Shown here one piece after another: positions 1 through 13,900 of a DNA stretch of 64,000 nucleotides. The stretch spans positions 6,014,001-6,078,000 of the forward strand of contig JAQFVV010000011.1 of NCBI GenBank assembly GCA_028023455.1, given 5' to 3'. Every line of letters begins with the position of its first letter. Position 1 is the stretch's first letter. The position numbers and the translations under genes are program-made. The notes beneath the pieces were generated by a model that was not told the DNA's origin, did no database searches, and saw nothing but the letters and a program-made list of their open reading frames with translations. The DNA is from Epiperipatus broadwayi. Taxonomy: Eukaryota; Animalia; Onychophora.

Positions 1-3000
1 GCTAATAATTTTAATTTACCAGTTTTATGTAAAAAAAACTACCACAAAATAGGGAAGAAAAGCTGAAAATTGATAGCACTCTATCCTAATGCTGAAAACA
101 ATTGAAAGTAAGTGATTTTGTAGCTACTATATTAGATCATCTTAATAAAGAAAATTAAGAAATTGCCATATGGTTCAAAAGAATGAATCAGCAATCAGAA
201 AAATTATAAAATGATTTATGCCACAGTTGCTTATGTCTTTGAAACAACTAAAGTAACTAAAGTAAGGAATAACTTTTTGATTAAAATGAAAAAAATCTTA
301 AATCTTTAGCTAAATTATATGAATAAGAATGTTTTTATAGTTAACAGTCTTGTATTGTATCAGAAAGTCATAAGTCTCTATGGAGAATTTAGATGAGAAT
401 TTGGATTTTATAATTGCAAGCTATTCACTGTAAATAGGGAATATTTATATAGATTGTGAAATTGTTAGTCTTAAAAAATATTAAAATAGTCTGTGGAGCT
501 GCATCTGCCAATAATGAAATTCTTCCTTACATCATTATTAGAATTTAAAAAATTATTTGAGGAAAAAATGAAACAATTGTGACTGGCTGGATGCACACAA
601 TACTGTAAATATATATGTAAATGTGTTTTCTCATTTTATTATTAATAACATTTATTTTTTTAACCTTGTTTATATTATAATATTAATTTATATATGCATA
701 CTATACACATAAAGTATATGTTATATATATGCATGTTAAAGATTATTGTATACTTACAGTACAATATAATTGTACTATTATCAAGGCTTGTCAACAAAAT
801 GTCAGCTATTATATGTTATATACATTTTACATCAGTAGAAGGATGCTTGAAACAAAATATAGTGTAATTTGCAACTCCACTATATACTTTTACTTGTTAT
901 TAAAATTAGTCACAATGATATTTCAAATGGATCGCACAAATTATTCATTGAATAGCTATGATTATTCAAAGATGTTGCACATATGCTCCGAAGCAAATGT
1001 TTACACAGATTAATCTGATATGTGTTTTCACACTTTCTATGCATGTGAGAGAATAAAATTTATTTCAGTAAAAAGTTGCATGATAAATACAATGAAAATA
1101 ATTTACAATAGAGTAAATACCTGCTTTAAAATTTTTTTTAATCTTATACAATAAATTCTCAATATATCATAATTTGGCATATTCATAACAAATAATCTAA
1201 TCTTACTGTCATAATTTTTAATTTTATTCAGTATGAATTTTCAAAGATATATCTTTACTCTTGTCTTTCCCTAAAGAACTTTGTATATTTAACTTTTTTT
1301 TTAAATCAGGCTATAATCTTTGTTATTTGATTTTTAATTTTAGTTACTTGTCTCTAAGAGAGATCGTATGATATATTTCATATGTTGCCATGTTTATTTG
1401 TTAAATAATGCATGGTAAACAAATATATTATACTTTTGCAGACAATTTTTATTATTAGATATTATAATTAGTTCAGCAATTTTCTTTTTCAGTTTGTTTT
1501 AGATTTTGTAATGCAGTGCTGGCAAATATTGCAAGTTCTGTTTTTGGTATTGATCTCAAAATTGTTTTGATTTCAGTTAGTGAAATTTTATTCTGTCAAA
1601 AGTAATCTAGTTTCTGACATCTTTGTGGCATTTTTTCATATTCTTTACATTTTTTTTTTATTTTTATTACATATTTTATAATGAATTCTTCAAAAGATGC
1701 ACTTTTTTATGCTTGTTCCCTCTTTCATTGCTTTTTTCAGATATTGAATTATTGTTTCTGTTATGGTAATCTCTAGAATTTTTGATTTAGTCTTTAAGTT
1801 GTTGTTTTTTTTTAAAAAAAGTTTTATTTATTCATTTTTATTTTTTATCTAATTACTACTAAACTTTTATACATTATTTGAGTTTTGTATATGATTTTGA
1901 TGCTTTTTAAATGTTTTGTTTATTTTTCATATATAGTTCATCTGCTTACCTATCAAATATGTCTGAAACTTCAACTGTTAATTTTAGTATTACTTGAAAA
2001 GTAATTAGAATGTTTTTTCTGTTAGGTCTAGGCTGTCAACTTATCTTTTTTCTTGTCATTCTGCTTGTAGTCTTCTTGTTTTTGTTATTATAGTTGAAGT
2101 TTATGACATCAAAAATGTAATCTATTATGATTTCAATTATTGGTGATAAAAAAAAAGATGAATTCAGAAACTTATTAGCATTGATTTGTGCTTTAAGTTC
2201 ATGTACCCAATTGGATTTTCATTTTGCATTTCTATTTTTGCTCATTTTAGACAACAATCACTAAAAGTAGTTGGGACATCAAATTGATATGTTATTTATT
2301 ATAATTCACATGATTATTTCTAATTAAAATCTTTGTAATATTCTGTTTGACAATGAAAAACATATTTTTTTTTTTTTTGCTTATGTCCTGGTCTGTAGAC
2401 ATATCATTCTGTGAACTTATATTCAATGACCCTTAAGGTGATGATAGACAGATGATTTATTTTCAGTTATATTATTTCTAACTTAAACTAAGTCATACCT
2501 ATCAGAAATATTGTGAAAATATTGTTTTTCAGTCTGAAAGAATCATCTTTTAGTACTGCATTAGTCTATTCTTTTTATTTATTTATTTTTACTGAAAATG
2601 CATTGATTATCATTGTTAGAACATGGATGAATTCAATTATTTTATAATGATTTTCTATCTAAACAAAATATTGATGATAGCCAGTCTATTTATAATGCAA
2701 AAACTTAATAGCAAAAGATCATTTGTATTCTCAGAGCCAAAGTTATCATTTTTGGTATTGATTCAATAATACTATTCAACAAGGAATAAATCCCATTCTT
2801 TCTCTAAACTTTCTAAATCTAATATTGGTACAAAAATATTATTGAAGTAGGCCCAACTAATCCTTTTGTACAAAAAATTATATTAAAAACGATGTGATCT
2901 CATCATCAATACAAAGCATACCTAGTAAACTAGGGATGAAATTAAGTCTGATCCTAAAGCTTTATTATCGCACAAACCAATTTTTATTATCATTAGCTTT

Positions 3001-6000
3001 TTGTTATTATAATCACAATATATAGAAATCATTTTGAATCTGATACTTCACAATGTTCATTATCTTGATGAATTACTCTTTAGAAAACTATAGCAAACTA
3101 TATTTTTTTGTAAGACAAGTTTTATTAAAAGCAGCCATATCAATTAAGAAACAAAATGTATCATCATTGTCATTATTGATTTTACACATATATCTATTAC
3201 TTAAAGAATAATCAGTCTGGCATGGTACTTTATCCAGATTTTGTTGCAAACTATTTTTACACTACCTTTTGTAGGTTCTGCCATGCCCAAAAATATATTA
3301 ATCATTTATCATATGAAACATCAGTTTTAAATTCCAACCCAATACAGCTAAATCTTTATTGTTGTTTTTCTCAATGCTAAAGGCTTTACTTGTTTTAAAT
3401 AATCAAATATTTTTACATACAATAAGAAGTAAAAAAGATTAAATGAGATGTGTCCAAGCATAATTTTTTGGTGATATCATTAGTTCAGAGAGGTGGCCAA
3501 TAGTGAGAGTGTGACAAGTTTATAATGTCCAGGATTTATACTAATCTAAATGATGTGTTTTGGTTTTTTTTTTTATAATTTTTTTGGAATTTTTAGAATT
3601 TTTTGGAATTTTTGTGTTAAGCAAAAAAAAAAAATAAATAAATGAAAATGAACAAAAGTTGTTTTGTATTGGAAACAGTGCATAATATATTAATTAACTA
3701 ACATAATATCTTACAAGGAGGCAGTTAGTATTCCTGGTCCAGCATTACTTAGTGATTATTTATAGGTAATTTTGATAGATAAAGGTCTTTCAGTAATTAA
3801 ATAACTATGAGCTTTCTCAGCAGTCTGTGATCACTTAATATTGTGATAATTTAGATGGATCTTATAGTTAGTGGAAAGTGTAATACTTTTGACATTGAAC
3901 TGAATTCAGTAAAACTTGAATTTTTGAAACAACTTTAAAATTTATATAGATGACCTGTAATCAACATTCTAGTCATTAAGTTATTAGTTTATAAATGGAT
4001 ATTTACATATTAACTAAAGAATATTCTTATCACCCATAGCTTACTACCTTTTACCCTATTGTCTTCTCCTTTGTAGCCAATAATGAAGAAGAAAAACTGC
4101 TTTAAATGATTTTATTTTTGTTGATAAGAGTTTTTGTATTTGATTGAGCATATGATTAACTGTATAACCTTTCATCAAAAAATATCAATGATGAAAGCTA
4201 TAAGCTTGAAACTAGTCTCAGATTTTGAATAGGAATTTATTAAGCAATGTCAAATTTGAAATACAGGCATTCTTTATATACCTGGAGATTAATCACCAAT
4301 ATATGTATTTCATGCTGAACCAGTATGTCTGTGATATGAGATAGTATGGATAGTTGAAGGGTGCTTGAAAGTCTGTTCAAATCCCCTATATATATATATA
4401 TATAAACACTGTCAGGCAACTATCATTGCTTTCTAAAGCTTATTGCAAGTGGCAAAAAGAATGTGGAAAAATATATTACTAAGAATGAAATGTTATCTAC
4501 ATATAAAATATTATTAATCTGAAATCTTTTGTTTCAAACTGGGGTTTTTTTCAGAAGGGGGGGGGATTTGTGAATTTTTTAGATTTCAAGAATAGATCTT
4601 TTATTCCCTCAGTATAAACCAAAACTCTGCTAAAAATATAAATAAACTTTGATTTTGTTTATTATAAGAATATTATCTGTGTATAAATTTATTCTATTAA
4701 TAACAATATAAAACTTTAAAGTACAATATGGGCTTATTTTTCAAAAAAAAAAATTTAAAGCAGCAATTAAAACAATAAATCAAAACAATAATTTATTTTT
4801 ACTGATATTAATTCTGCTTGATTTTTATTACTTTGTTTAAAATACAAGTTAACTTTCTACTTGGCAATTTAATGTAATTTTGAAAAAAAATTAATTTTTG
4901 CATTAATCATAAATTAATAAAGTAATTGGATTAAATTACAAAAATCAAGTAGCTCATTGCAATTAGCTTATTAATTTATAGGTATAAAATTTCAGCCTTT
5001 AATTTTATTTGTGAATATGTATATAAACTAATTTCTTGTAAAAGATTAATGATCAACTATGAAATTTTGTTTGGGTAATTGAAGTTTTTGAATAATAAAT
5101 CAGTTTAATGTGATTTTTTTATTTATTGATGATTACATTAATGTAAGTTGTCAGATTATAAATTTTTACAAAGTTTTTTGTCATTTTTTTATTTAGGCAA
5201 TGCTTTATTCATATATATATATAATAATAATTTTACAAGCAATTGAAATCTCCCAGTGGCATTTATATTAAATTTAATTGACTATCTTGTCATGTGTTCT
5301 TTCAAATTATCTTAAGTAGATGAAAATAAAAACATTTTCAACTCCTAATTCCCAAACATTTTTTACTGCCTGAGTTAAATTAGTCTTAAATAATATTCAC
5401 AAGATAAAATTATGAAATATTCATTTCAATACGTTTATGAATTTTCAAATGTGCAATAATTTTAAGAGCCAATGAAATCCAATGATGTTTATATTAAATT
5501 TAATTACATATTTTATTTCATTACTCAATTACCTTAATAGCTTTTAAAATATTAAACATTATAACAATTTGGAAATTTACAAGGATATTCTATTTTTGAT
5601 TATTATATAAGGCCAATTTAAAATTACCTATAAAAATATGTTGAATTTGACTAATTTCTTTTTCCATATTTGCCATTTTAATAAGAGCCTGAAAAGCTGT
5701 CAGTAGTGATTCCATTTTCATCTGTAAGATAATTGAGTAATTACAAAAGATGAGATATTTAATAAATTCAATATAAATAATGTTATTGATATCATTCATT
5801 GTAATATTACATATTGAAATGAAAATGTCTTTACAGTGATATTTAATTAACACAGTGCTATCCAGGTTAGTGCTCAAATCAATATAACTAATATGTATTA
5901 ATAGTGTTATAAATATGGATAAAAATATTAAATTATCATAAAGGCTTCAATATTATTATATATTATTAAAATTTAAATATTTCTAAAATCATAAAATTGT

Positions 6001-7686
6001 TTATATCATTGTTATCTTGTAGGACATGTATAAATGTATATAGATTTGTTTTTCTTGATTGCCACTTTTCAGTAATTGTTTTGAAATAGATTTAAAATAA
6101 TTAAATAATATTTGTCTTATTAAGAATATTGTTTTTATTAAAGTCAAAAATAAATAGATTGAGAAATTATTCTATTTTCAAATATTATTTTTTATGATAT
6201 CAGAAATGAAGAAAGATAAATTTGTAGCCTTATAAGCACATTTGTAATCTGAATAATTTTTATTAAGATTAAGTTTAAATTAAAATTGTTTGTAAATTAA
6301 ATTCATGGACATAAATCATAAAACATTTGGGAATATAAATTAAATGTATGAGTCAATTAGAAACAAAGTAATTAATGTATTCATCTGTAATTAATTATGA
6401 GAACTCAGGCACCTAAATACTTGACAGGTTAAATTGGTAACATTATGCATAGCAAATTATATCAGTGAAATATGCAGTTTTATTTTTATTTTTTCTCGTT
6501 TAAACCTTCGGATATTTAAATAATTAATCATAATAAAGTTTCAAATCAAAAAGCCATATGTAGGAATTGAGAAAAGAGAATAATTTCATCAGTATTTGTA
6601 AGTTGAAGTTAAAGTCACTGATAGGATAACTAATTGTAACCTCAAATAGAATTGTAAATATTTTAATTCATCTCCATCTTTAAAATTATATCTATCAAGG
6701 AAGTGGATGGATATGTCAACATGATCAGCAAGGGTACTCTCTTCATGGTTGTCTCTCTGTCAATCATGTTCTCTGCAAGAAGTGTAACAAATCATTTAGC
6801 TAAGCTTCATAATGCCAAAGAAATAATGTTATTGAAATCATGGATTATTGATTACTGAAGAAATTCCAAAAATAAATGTTTAAAAAAATAAACATTAAAG
6901 AAAAACTGAATGAAAAGTATATGTTATATTTGAGAACCCTGACAAAGTCTTACAAAATTCATGAAGTACAAATATAAACTGTAGGTGAGAATTCAATTTT
7001 TTATATAATTTAAAATATATATTTTAAAAGATCTTAATCTGTAAGTAATTTAACTTTGAATAAATTTTTTTATTTGTGATTTTTAAAATTTTAAATCATT
7101 TTCTATTTTAAATGTAAAATATTGTTAAATATTACTGTAAAATACACATTGATTTAGCCGTGAATTAATGTGTACCACATATTTTGATTTTAGATTAAAA
7201 TAAATAGCATATTAGTAGCCTTTACTGTTCATTAAATAATTCATGGAGCAACACTTATGTGTAGAGACTATTATGCTCACATGCATTTACTTGTAAAGTA
7301 CATTTGTTATTATGTAAATATGTGTGTAATTATATTTTTATTTTCATTATGAAATCAGGATGTAGCATACACTTATTTTACTATAACCAAATAGAAAAGA
7401 AAATTGAATATCTTGCTTAACTTTCTTGTTTTTTTACTAATTTTTGAGCAGAACAACATGTTTGTACATTTTCAAATACTAATATCAATGTATTTATTTA
7501 ACTTGTTTTATGGTAAATTATATTTCTTATATTGTTAATTTCTATGTGCTATATGATATTAAACCTTTACTAAATTTAAGGGTTACATCAGGTCTATTCT
7601 TTATTTTTTGAAATATATTCTATACAATACTATATGTTCATTATATACACATGCTCACCTAGCATATTGTGACCAAAGTGTAAAGG

Positions 7687-8030
7687 CTGGATTGGGGAAC
7701 CTTTGGTCTGAAGATCATTTTTTACCATTGAAAGCTCTCAATCTGGATGCTATACATTTTCATAAAGTATATAAAATGGACCAAGTGCAAATATATGTAT
7801 AAATACTGAATTAAGAGTTAAGTTAAATTAAATATTTATTCTCTCAACTACATCTTTTTCTCTCTCCAATCTTTATAATAATTCTACTTTATTCTATCAG
7901 AGATAAACTAATTAAGTTTTTGATCAAATGTAGTGAGGCTAATTTTTGAGTCAAATAATTTTGTGCTGCCCATGAATGTGATTATAAATTCCAAATGGTC
8001 CTTGGCAGAAAAAAAGGTTCTCCATTCCTG
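7687..8030. mobile_element. Decayed hAT (Charlie-like) MITE
   Basis: Imperfect terminal inverted repeats: CTGGATTGGGGAACCTTT at left; the right end reverse-complements to CAGGAATGGAGAACCTTT. The right subterminus GGTCCTTGGCAGAAAAAAAGGTT resembles hAT-Charlie MITE ends. The 8-bp flanks match only partly (tgtaaagg / ctctaagg). Confidence 0.5.
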
Positions 8031-9234
8031 CTCTAAGGACTTGTTTAGTTACCAGGAAATATCAACTATGAATAGTGTTGGAAGGATATCTAAAAAATAA
8101 TAAACTGGTATACTCTTAACTATAATTAAAGCTGTATTTAAAAGAAATAAAACCTGGACACTTCAGCACTAACTTTTTCTGTTCTACTATCCTCAGACAT
8201 GTAATATCTGAATTGTGGGTCATGAAAGTATGGAGACTTCTCTACAAGAATTTTTTACTAGTGTGATCTTAACTTTATACCATCACTTCAATTGACATGT
8301 CAATGCGTGGGTAAAGTTGAAATCACTTCTTTTCAACAAATGCCCCATTATGTAAAATTATTCCCTAACATATAGTTTACTCTCCAGATAACCTCTTGTC
8401 CCCATCATATACATATGTAGACTGTTCTATGGGACTGTGATTTAAATAGCTAATTGATGACTGTAATTTCAATTTATGCAAAGAAGAAAAACTCATGAGT
8501 TAATAAAAATAAGTCAGGAGTTAGTTATTCTTATGAACTTTTTATTTTTCAGTCATTAAACTTTTGATGCTTTATAAGATTTAGAAACTTGGTTGATCTC
8601 TTCTTGAAAGTTGGTAGTTGTATTTCTAATGTGTAATGCAATATTTTATCCTTCATGGCTTTAGTCAGTTAATAGTAGTATTTTGGAAGGTTATTTTTGA
8701 TCTGAAATGTTTAGGTTAAAAGTGCCATGATTATATATCAGAAACTCAAAAAAAAAAATCTAAATGAACATTTTATTAAAGTAAATTTATTCAGAAATTT
8801 AATTCAATCTAGCCAAAAATGAGGTATCTCTAGTTGTATTCTAAAAAAGAAAAATGAATTAAATTATGACACTTCATAAATGAAATATATTAGGAAAAAT
8901 AAAGTTTAGATCATTGTAAGTTAATTTCTTCGGAAATCTTCGATTAAATGTCAAAAAGTTAATTTGTGTAACGTAGTTTACTTATTAATTGATAATAATT
9001 TTAAATACATAAAAGAAAATGGACATCTTTAGTGGGTTTTTTTTTTTTACAAATAAATTACTGAGACATCACTTTTCTTAACTCTTTTCTTTACACATAA
9101 TAATGTTACAAAAACTAAAAACGTAACTCCAAAAAGAAATAAAAATCTGGTAGTTCATTTTCATTTGTTAAACTATATTCATATTGTAAAGAAGCTTTAA
9201 AAAATGACAAGACTCCACAAATTTATATATATAT

Positions 9235-12200
9235 TGTAACCGTAACATCAGGCCGATTCGCTGCGGCACTATAAATTGTAACCATTTGATTGTGTGGTCC
9301 TAATTACGTAACGTAAGTGCACTAAGAATCTTAACTTCTATCACTGATCAACTCCCGCTGCACATTATCAGCTATTAAGAGCTGTATCCAAAAGCATTTC
9401 ATGCTATCTATTTTATGCACCAAAGACCACAATCAACATCTGAAGCAACTTACCACAGATCAAACCAATGATCTAACATAAACTTTTATGACTTAATTTG
9501 ATCGCAGCCAGGGTGTACCGCGAAGACATATCATAGTAGTATGATAAAACACATTAAACAAATTATAAGTGCAATTTTATTATTTTCAAACCTTAATTTG
9601 CAAATTTTATTGTATGCGACCCGATGGCCGACCATGTACAAGATGGCGTAATTTGTGGAATTACATAAGATTATGAAATTTTAAATCATCTATATGATTT
9701 CTAATACAAATGCTAGTCCAGGTAAAGCTTTGCAATAAATAAATATAAATACTTGGGTTCTTTTTATTTTTATAGTTTACTATATCATTGAGACTCTTAT
9801 TATACTGACAAATGACAATTTAAAAACGTTAAGTAAATATATTCAATCTTGTCATTATTTGGTAAATCTGTTTACAAGTTTAATAATTAATTTGTATTGT
9901 ATACTAGAATCAACTACGCAAAGCCAAAATGATGGAAAAGGTAAATGGGATTTTATTGTACCTTACACATCATAAACTACCAAAGACGAGAAGCATCTAA
10001 ATGTTTTCTCAAAAATATTAATAAACTCTTATCATGTTGACGATAGTATGTACTTCAATGTATGCTCTATCCAAGGTTTATGATTTCTGATTTTAAGAAT
10101 GACACATAGCAACGGCACAGTAAGTTTAATTAAAATCAACTTTTATTTACAAAATGATTAATAATAAGTAATTAATTCCCAACGTAATAATTAAATAAAT
10201 AAATAAACAAATAAGATAAATAACTTAAAATTCCATCAACTTTCTTCAAGAACATGTTATAGGTACAGTTTTAAAATCTAATCATACCTTATATTTCAAA
10301 TTTTTATGTAGTGAATGTATTGAGAAAATTATACTAAATTCAATATCAATTCATGAGATATTCAACGTCATTTCCAGATTCAATAAATCCCTACCGTAAA
10401 CTTATAATAATAAATAATATTATATCTGTAAGCTTTAGCTATAATGTAATCATTAAGTAAAATGGAAATTTAAACTTACATCCCGGTAAATAATAATTAA
10501 CCAACAGTTAATTATTTTGAAGTAACTTGATTAGAATGTCCTGCTACCATTTGATGATTTAACTTATCAATTATACTGATAAATGAAAGAAGATGATTTA
10601 GCAGATCAACTAAAATCTTTTGCCCAACTTAGATCTATGAAGTAAACATATTCCTGTGGATGTATTCATCTACACGAAGGAATTAAATAAATTTATACCA
10701 TCATAACGCAATAAGTACAAATACACCATTCCGCGGATTAACCACCAGCGCAGGAATGAGTATAAAATACCAAAATTGGCAATTAAATAATCTGCGGATT
10801 AACCACCAGCACAGATTAATGCCCTTTAACATTATAAAAAACAACATTACCATTTACTTCACATTAAAGTGCCAAATCATCATCCTCAGTTATTCTGACT
10901 ATTCAGAAAACACTAACACTTTAGCAAATATGGGTTCTTGTATAATAAAATGCTAAGCTAATCAGGACGACTAATGTACTAACTTCTCTTACTTAAACTA
11001 AAACATGTGTAATATAATATAAGTAATAGTATTATATAGGAATACAAATCTGGAAAGATTAACAAAATACCTCATAAAGATTTATACATCTCATGAATAC
11101 ACTTAGTACTTTTCAAGCTGTTTCGCGAGCGCTATTCTCTTGAATAAATATTTTATTCAACCCTTATTGATTTAAACTTAATAAAATATACTTAGGAACT
11201 TCACATGCAAGTTCCGATAACGATAAACGTAAAGTAATGCATTATGCATCTAACATAAAATTTAACAGGTGTGTGTGTGATATAAATTAAATGTAAAGCA
11301 TTTTACAGTTCAATACATGAATTATAACAGGTGTGTGTGTCACAACTTGGATTGTATAACGTTTTATAACTCCGAATATGATCCGTGGGATCCATGTACG
11401 TTATGTCGAACAATAAATCTATGAAGCAATAATTATAACTATAATTTAATTCCATACATGCAATTTTATCCGTTGTATTGGTTATTATAATCAATATTTG
11501 ATGAACAATTTTACGTGGCTCCTAAGACATGACACAACTTCAAAATATGAAACGCAGAATTTAAATGAAAATGTTTTTCATTAAGTTATTAATCTCTACA
11601 TTTCTCTATTAAAATGTTCCAATTTTATTACATCCATGCGAATATTTATCCATCCACGCTTAAATATAGGAATATTAATTATAGCACTTAATTCAATCAT
11701 TCCAAATTGACGATAAAATTAGAAATAGCTTTGATTAATTATTTGAAGATTATTTATTATCCAAATGTTAAACAAATTAATTAGCAAATATATTACTGGC
11801 ATTGTAGAATTAAATATCAATCAATACTATATTTTTATTAGAATTAGAAACGGAAATATTTAAAATATGTTGATAACTTTAACATTTTACTTTAATTTAG
11901 ACTTCTTTTTATTTAAAAAGCAAATTTTCATATTCATAACTTCTGTAATTAAAATACTTTTAAATGTTTCCAAATTGTAAAATAATAAATATTTCAAAAC
12001 ATACCAAATTCTTGCAATCAATTCTTTTAAAATAGGAAGCTCCGACATTTCAAAATGTAATATTAGGAAATTATTACCGGTGATTCGATCCACTTGGCCA
12101 GCCGACTTGAACAGACTTTTTTAATTTAGCAAGGCATCTTCTAATTAAATACCACTATGTTATTTACGTTTATAGCAAACTTTGTGGTAGTCCGATTACT

Positions 12201-12686
12201 TATTTTTTTTACTTTAAAATAAGCTTGGCAAATTTACACTACTTGCCTTTACCATTTTCTTTTCATTCTCCCTCCAAAAGCAAACTATCAGACAATCGTC
12301 TCTTAAATTCGCGCTCTTTTCTTTTTACATTGAGACGCCTACGCAATTACTGTATTTATTTTTAATAATTAATTTTAATTGAATAAATGGTTTTTTGTAA
12401 ATTTAATAAAATAATAATTTTAAGATCACTTTAAACAAATAAAACAAAATATTGTTTTTAATACTATTATACCAAATTTTAATGTGTTGTCAAATTTTTA
12501 AAAGTTAAGCGTTTTGATATGCGTTAGCATATGGGAATAAGCAAATTTAAATTCATTAAAATAATATAAGAGAGTAATCTGTTCAAATGCAACTCAAGCC
12601 AATCAAATCACCCAAAGAAGAAAGAGAAATTTTAATATCAGTTACATCAATAATAATTATATTTTATACCAAAATATATGGTTACA
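9235..12686 (-). mobile_element. Putative solo LTR of 3452 bp (Ty3/Gypsy-like; LTR-A)
   Basis: Termini TGTAACC...GGTTACA (7-bp inverted), with ATAT on both sides. The interior is CpG-rich against CpG-poor flanks. The left end TGTAACCG matches the U5 end of the intact element. The minus strand has a GCCATCTT motif followed by AATAAA near 9560-9650. No pol homology seen inside. Confidence 0.65.
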
Positions 12687-12706
12687 ATATATATATATAT
12701 ATATAT

Positions 12707-13900
12707 TGTGAGGGTATCTTATAATCGTACCCAAACCAACAAACTTGTGATATTAGATTATGTTCAGTCAGGATTTATGTCTGACTAGATTAATAAGTTT
12801 TGCTAACATATAAAATGCATGCTTTAATTTATTACTTGTGAAACATGAGTAAAGGTATATATATATATATATATAATGTATCGATACTCTATTACATAGC
12901 AAATAACAATAAAGTGGCGTGTAACTAGATTCTATATATATATTGAAGTAGAAAAAGTTCCTATTGCTAAAATAAGTGAAAATAAACACTGGAAGAATAA
13001 TACTACAAACATATATGTAAACTAACACGTAATTTGTATTTAATATTTTATATATCATGAATATGAACAAAACAATGATGTAGACTATAATAAGTTAACT
13101 ATGGTAACGATCTAAGGTCAAGTATTTTGCTAATGTAAGAATGAAATAATACCACATTACATAATTTCTTTGAATCGATTATCATGATACTATATAGACA
13201 ACAATAGGCACATAAGGCAATGAAGAACTTCATGTACTAAGCAACAGAAACCATGCCGAATATAAAAACAAATGCGATTCTAACCCTTTCTTATTTAAAA
13301 TTGTACATAGCTATAGGAAGTCAACATCGTTTAAACAAGAGATTTCGAACACCATACAAGATGGATACCTTCATTTGAATATATTGACTTTCCAAATATA
13401 ATTTTAGCATGAGACCAGAAGAAACTAAAAAGACTTTTAATATAGAGTAACCAAATTAGTTAGTGCAATAGAATAAATTTCTAGAAAATTGTTTTAAACT
13501 TATAAAAGAAAAAGGGAGAAATTAAAACAAAACTTCTAATCAAATGCGAATTCAACAAAAGAAGTATAGACAGCATACAAAATGATGGAATGATTCTATT
13601 TTATTGCATATAAAGTTTTTTCTGAACTATGATCTGCAATTAATTTAAAATTTATATATATGTATATCGAATCAACATACAAAGAGTTGATTGTCATCAG
13701 TGGGGTCATTAATCTTCTAACCATGATAATTTAACATCTGTATGGTCTACTTTAAAATGCCTAATAAACTATTTTTCACCTAGCATAGAATGTTTGTGCA
13801 TGGATCAGAGGAGAAAACCATGGATGACCGATACAGAATTGTTCGGAATACACCATTCAGGAGCGACGATGAGCGATCTATGTTTGCATTGAGGAAAACT
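12707..13900 (+). mobile_element. LTR (LTR-B) related to the LTRs of the decayed Gypsy at 58892/62888; right boundary unresolved
   Basis: Starts ATAT|TGTGAGGGTATCTTATAATC versus TGTAAGGGTAGCTTACAATC at 58892. Collinear shared blocks with 62888-64000: attacataatttc, caacaataggcaca, catgat(a/g)atttaac, aaaatgcctaat. May extend across the gap to the GTTACA|ATAT terminus at 17892. Confidence 0.6.

Noticed and set aside
729-1013. Short ORF-track ORFs of 60-125 aa across AT-rich regions and LTRs
   Set aside because: No recognisable motifs, low-complexity composition, and lengths expected by chance. The duplicated ones (18629/25136, 19353/25860) only reflect the two LTRs.
6771-6803. C2H2-like peptide LCKKCNKSFS
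   Set aside because: An in-frame stop follows immediately, the His pair is absent, and there are no splice signals.
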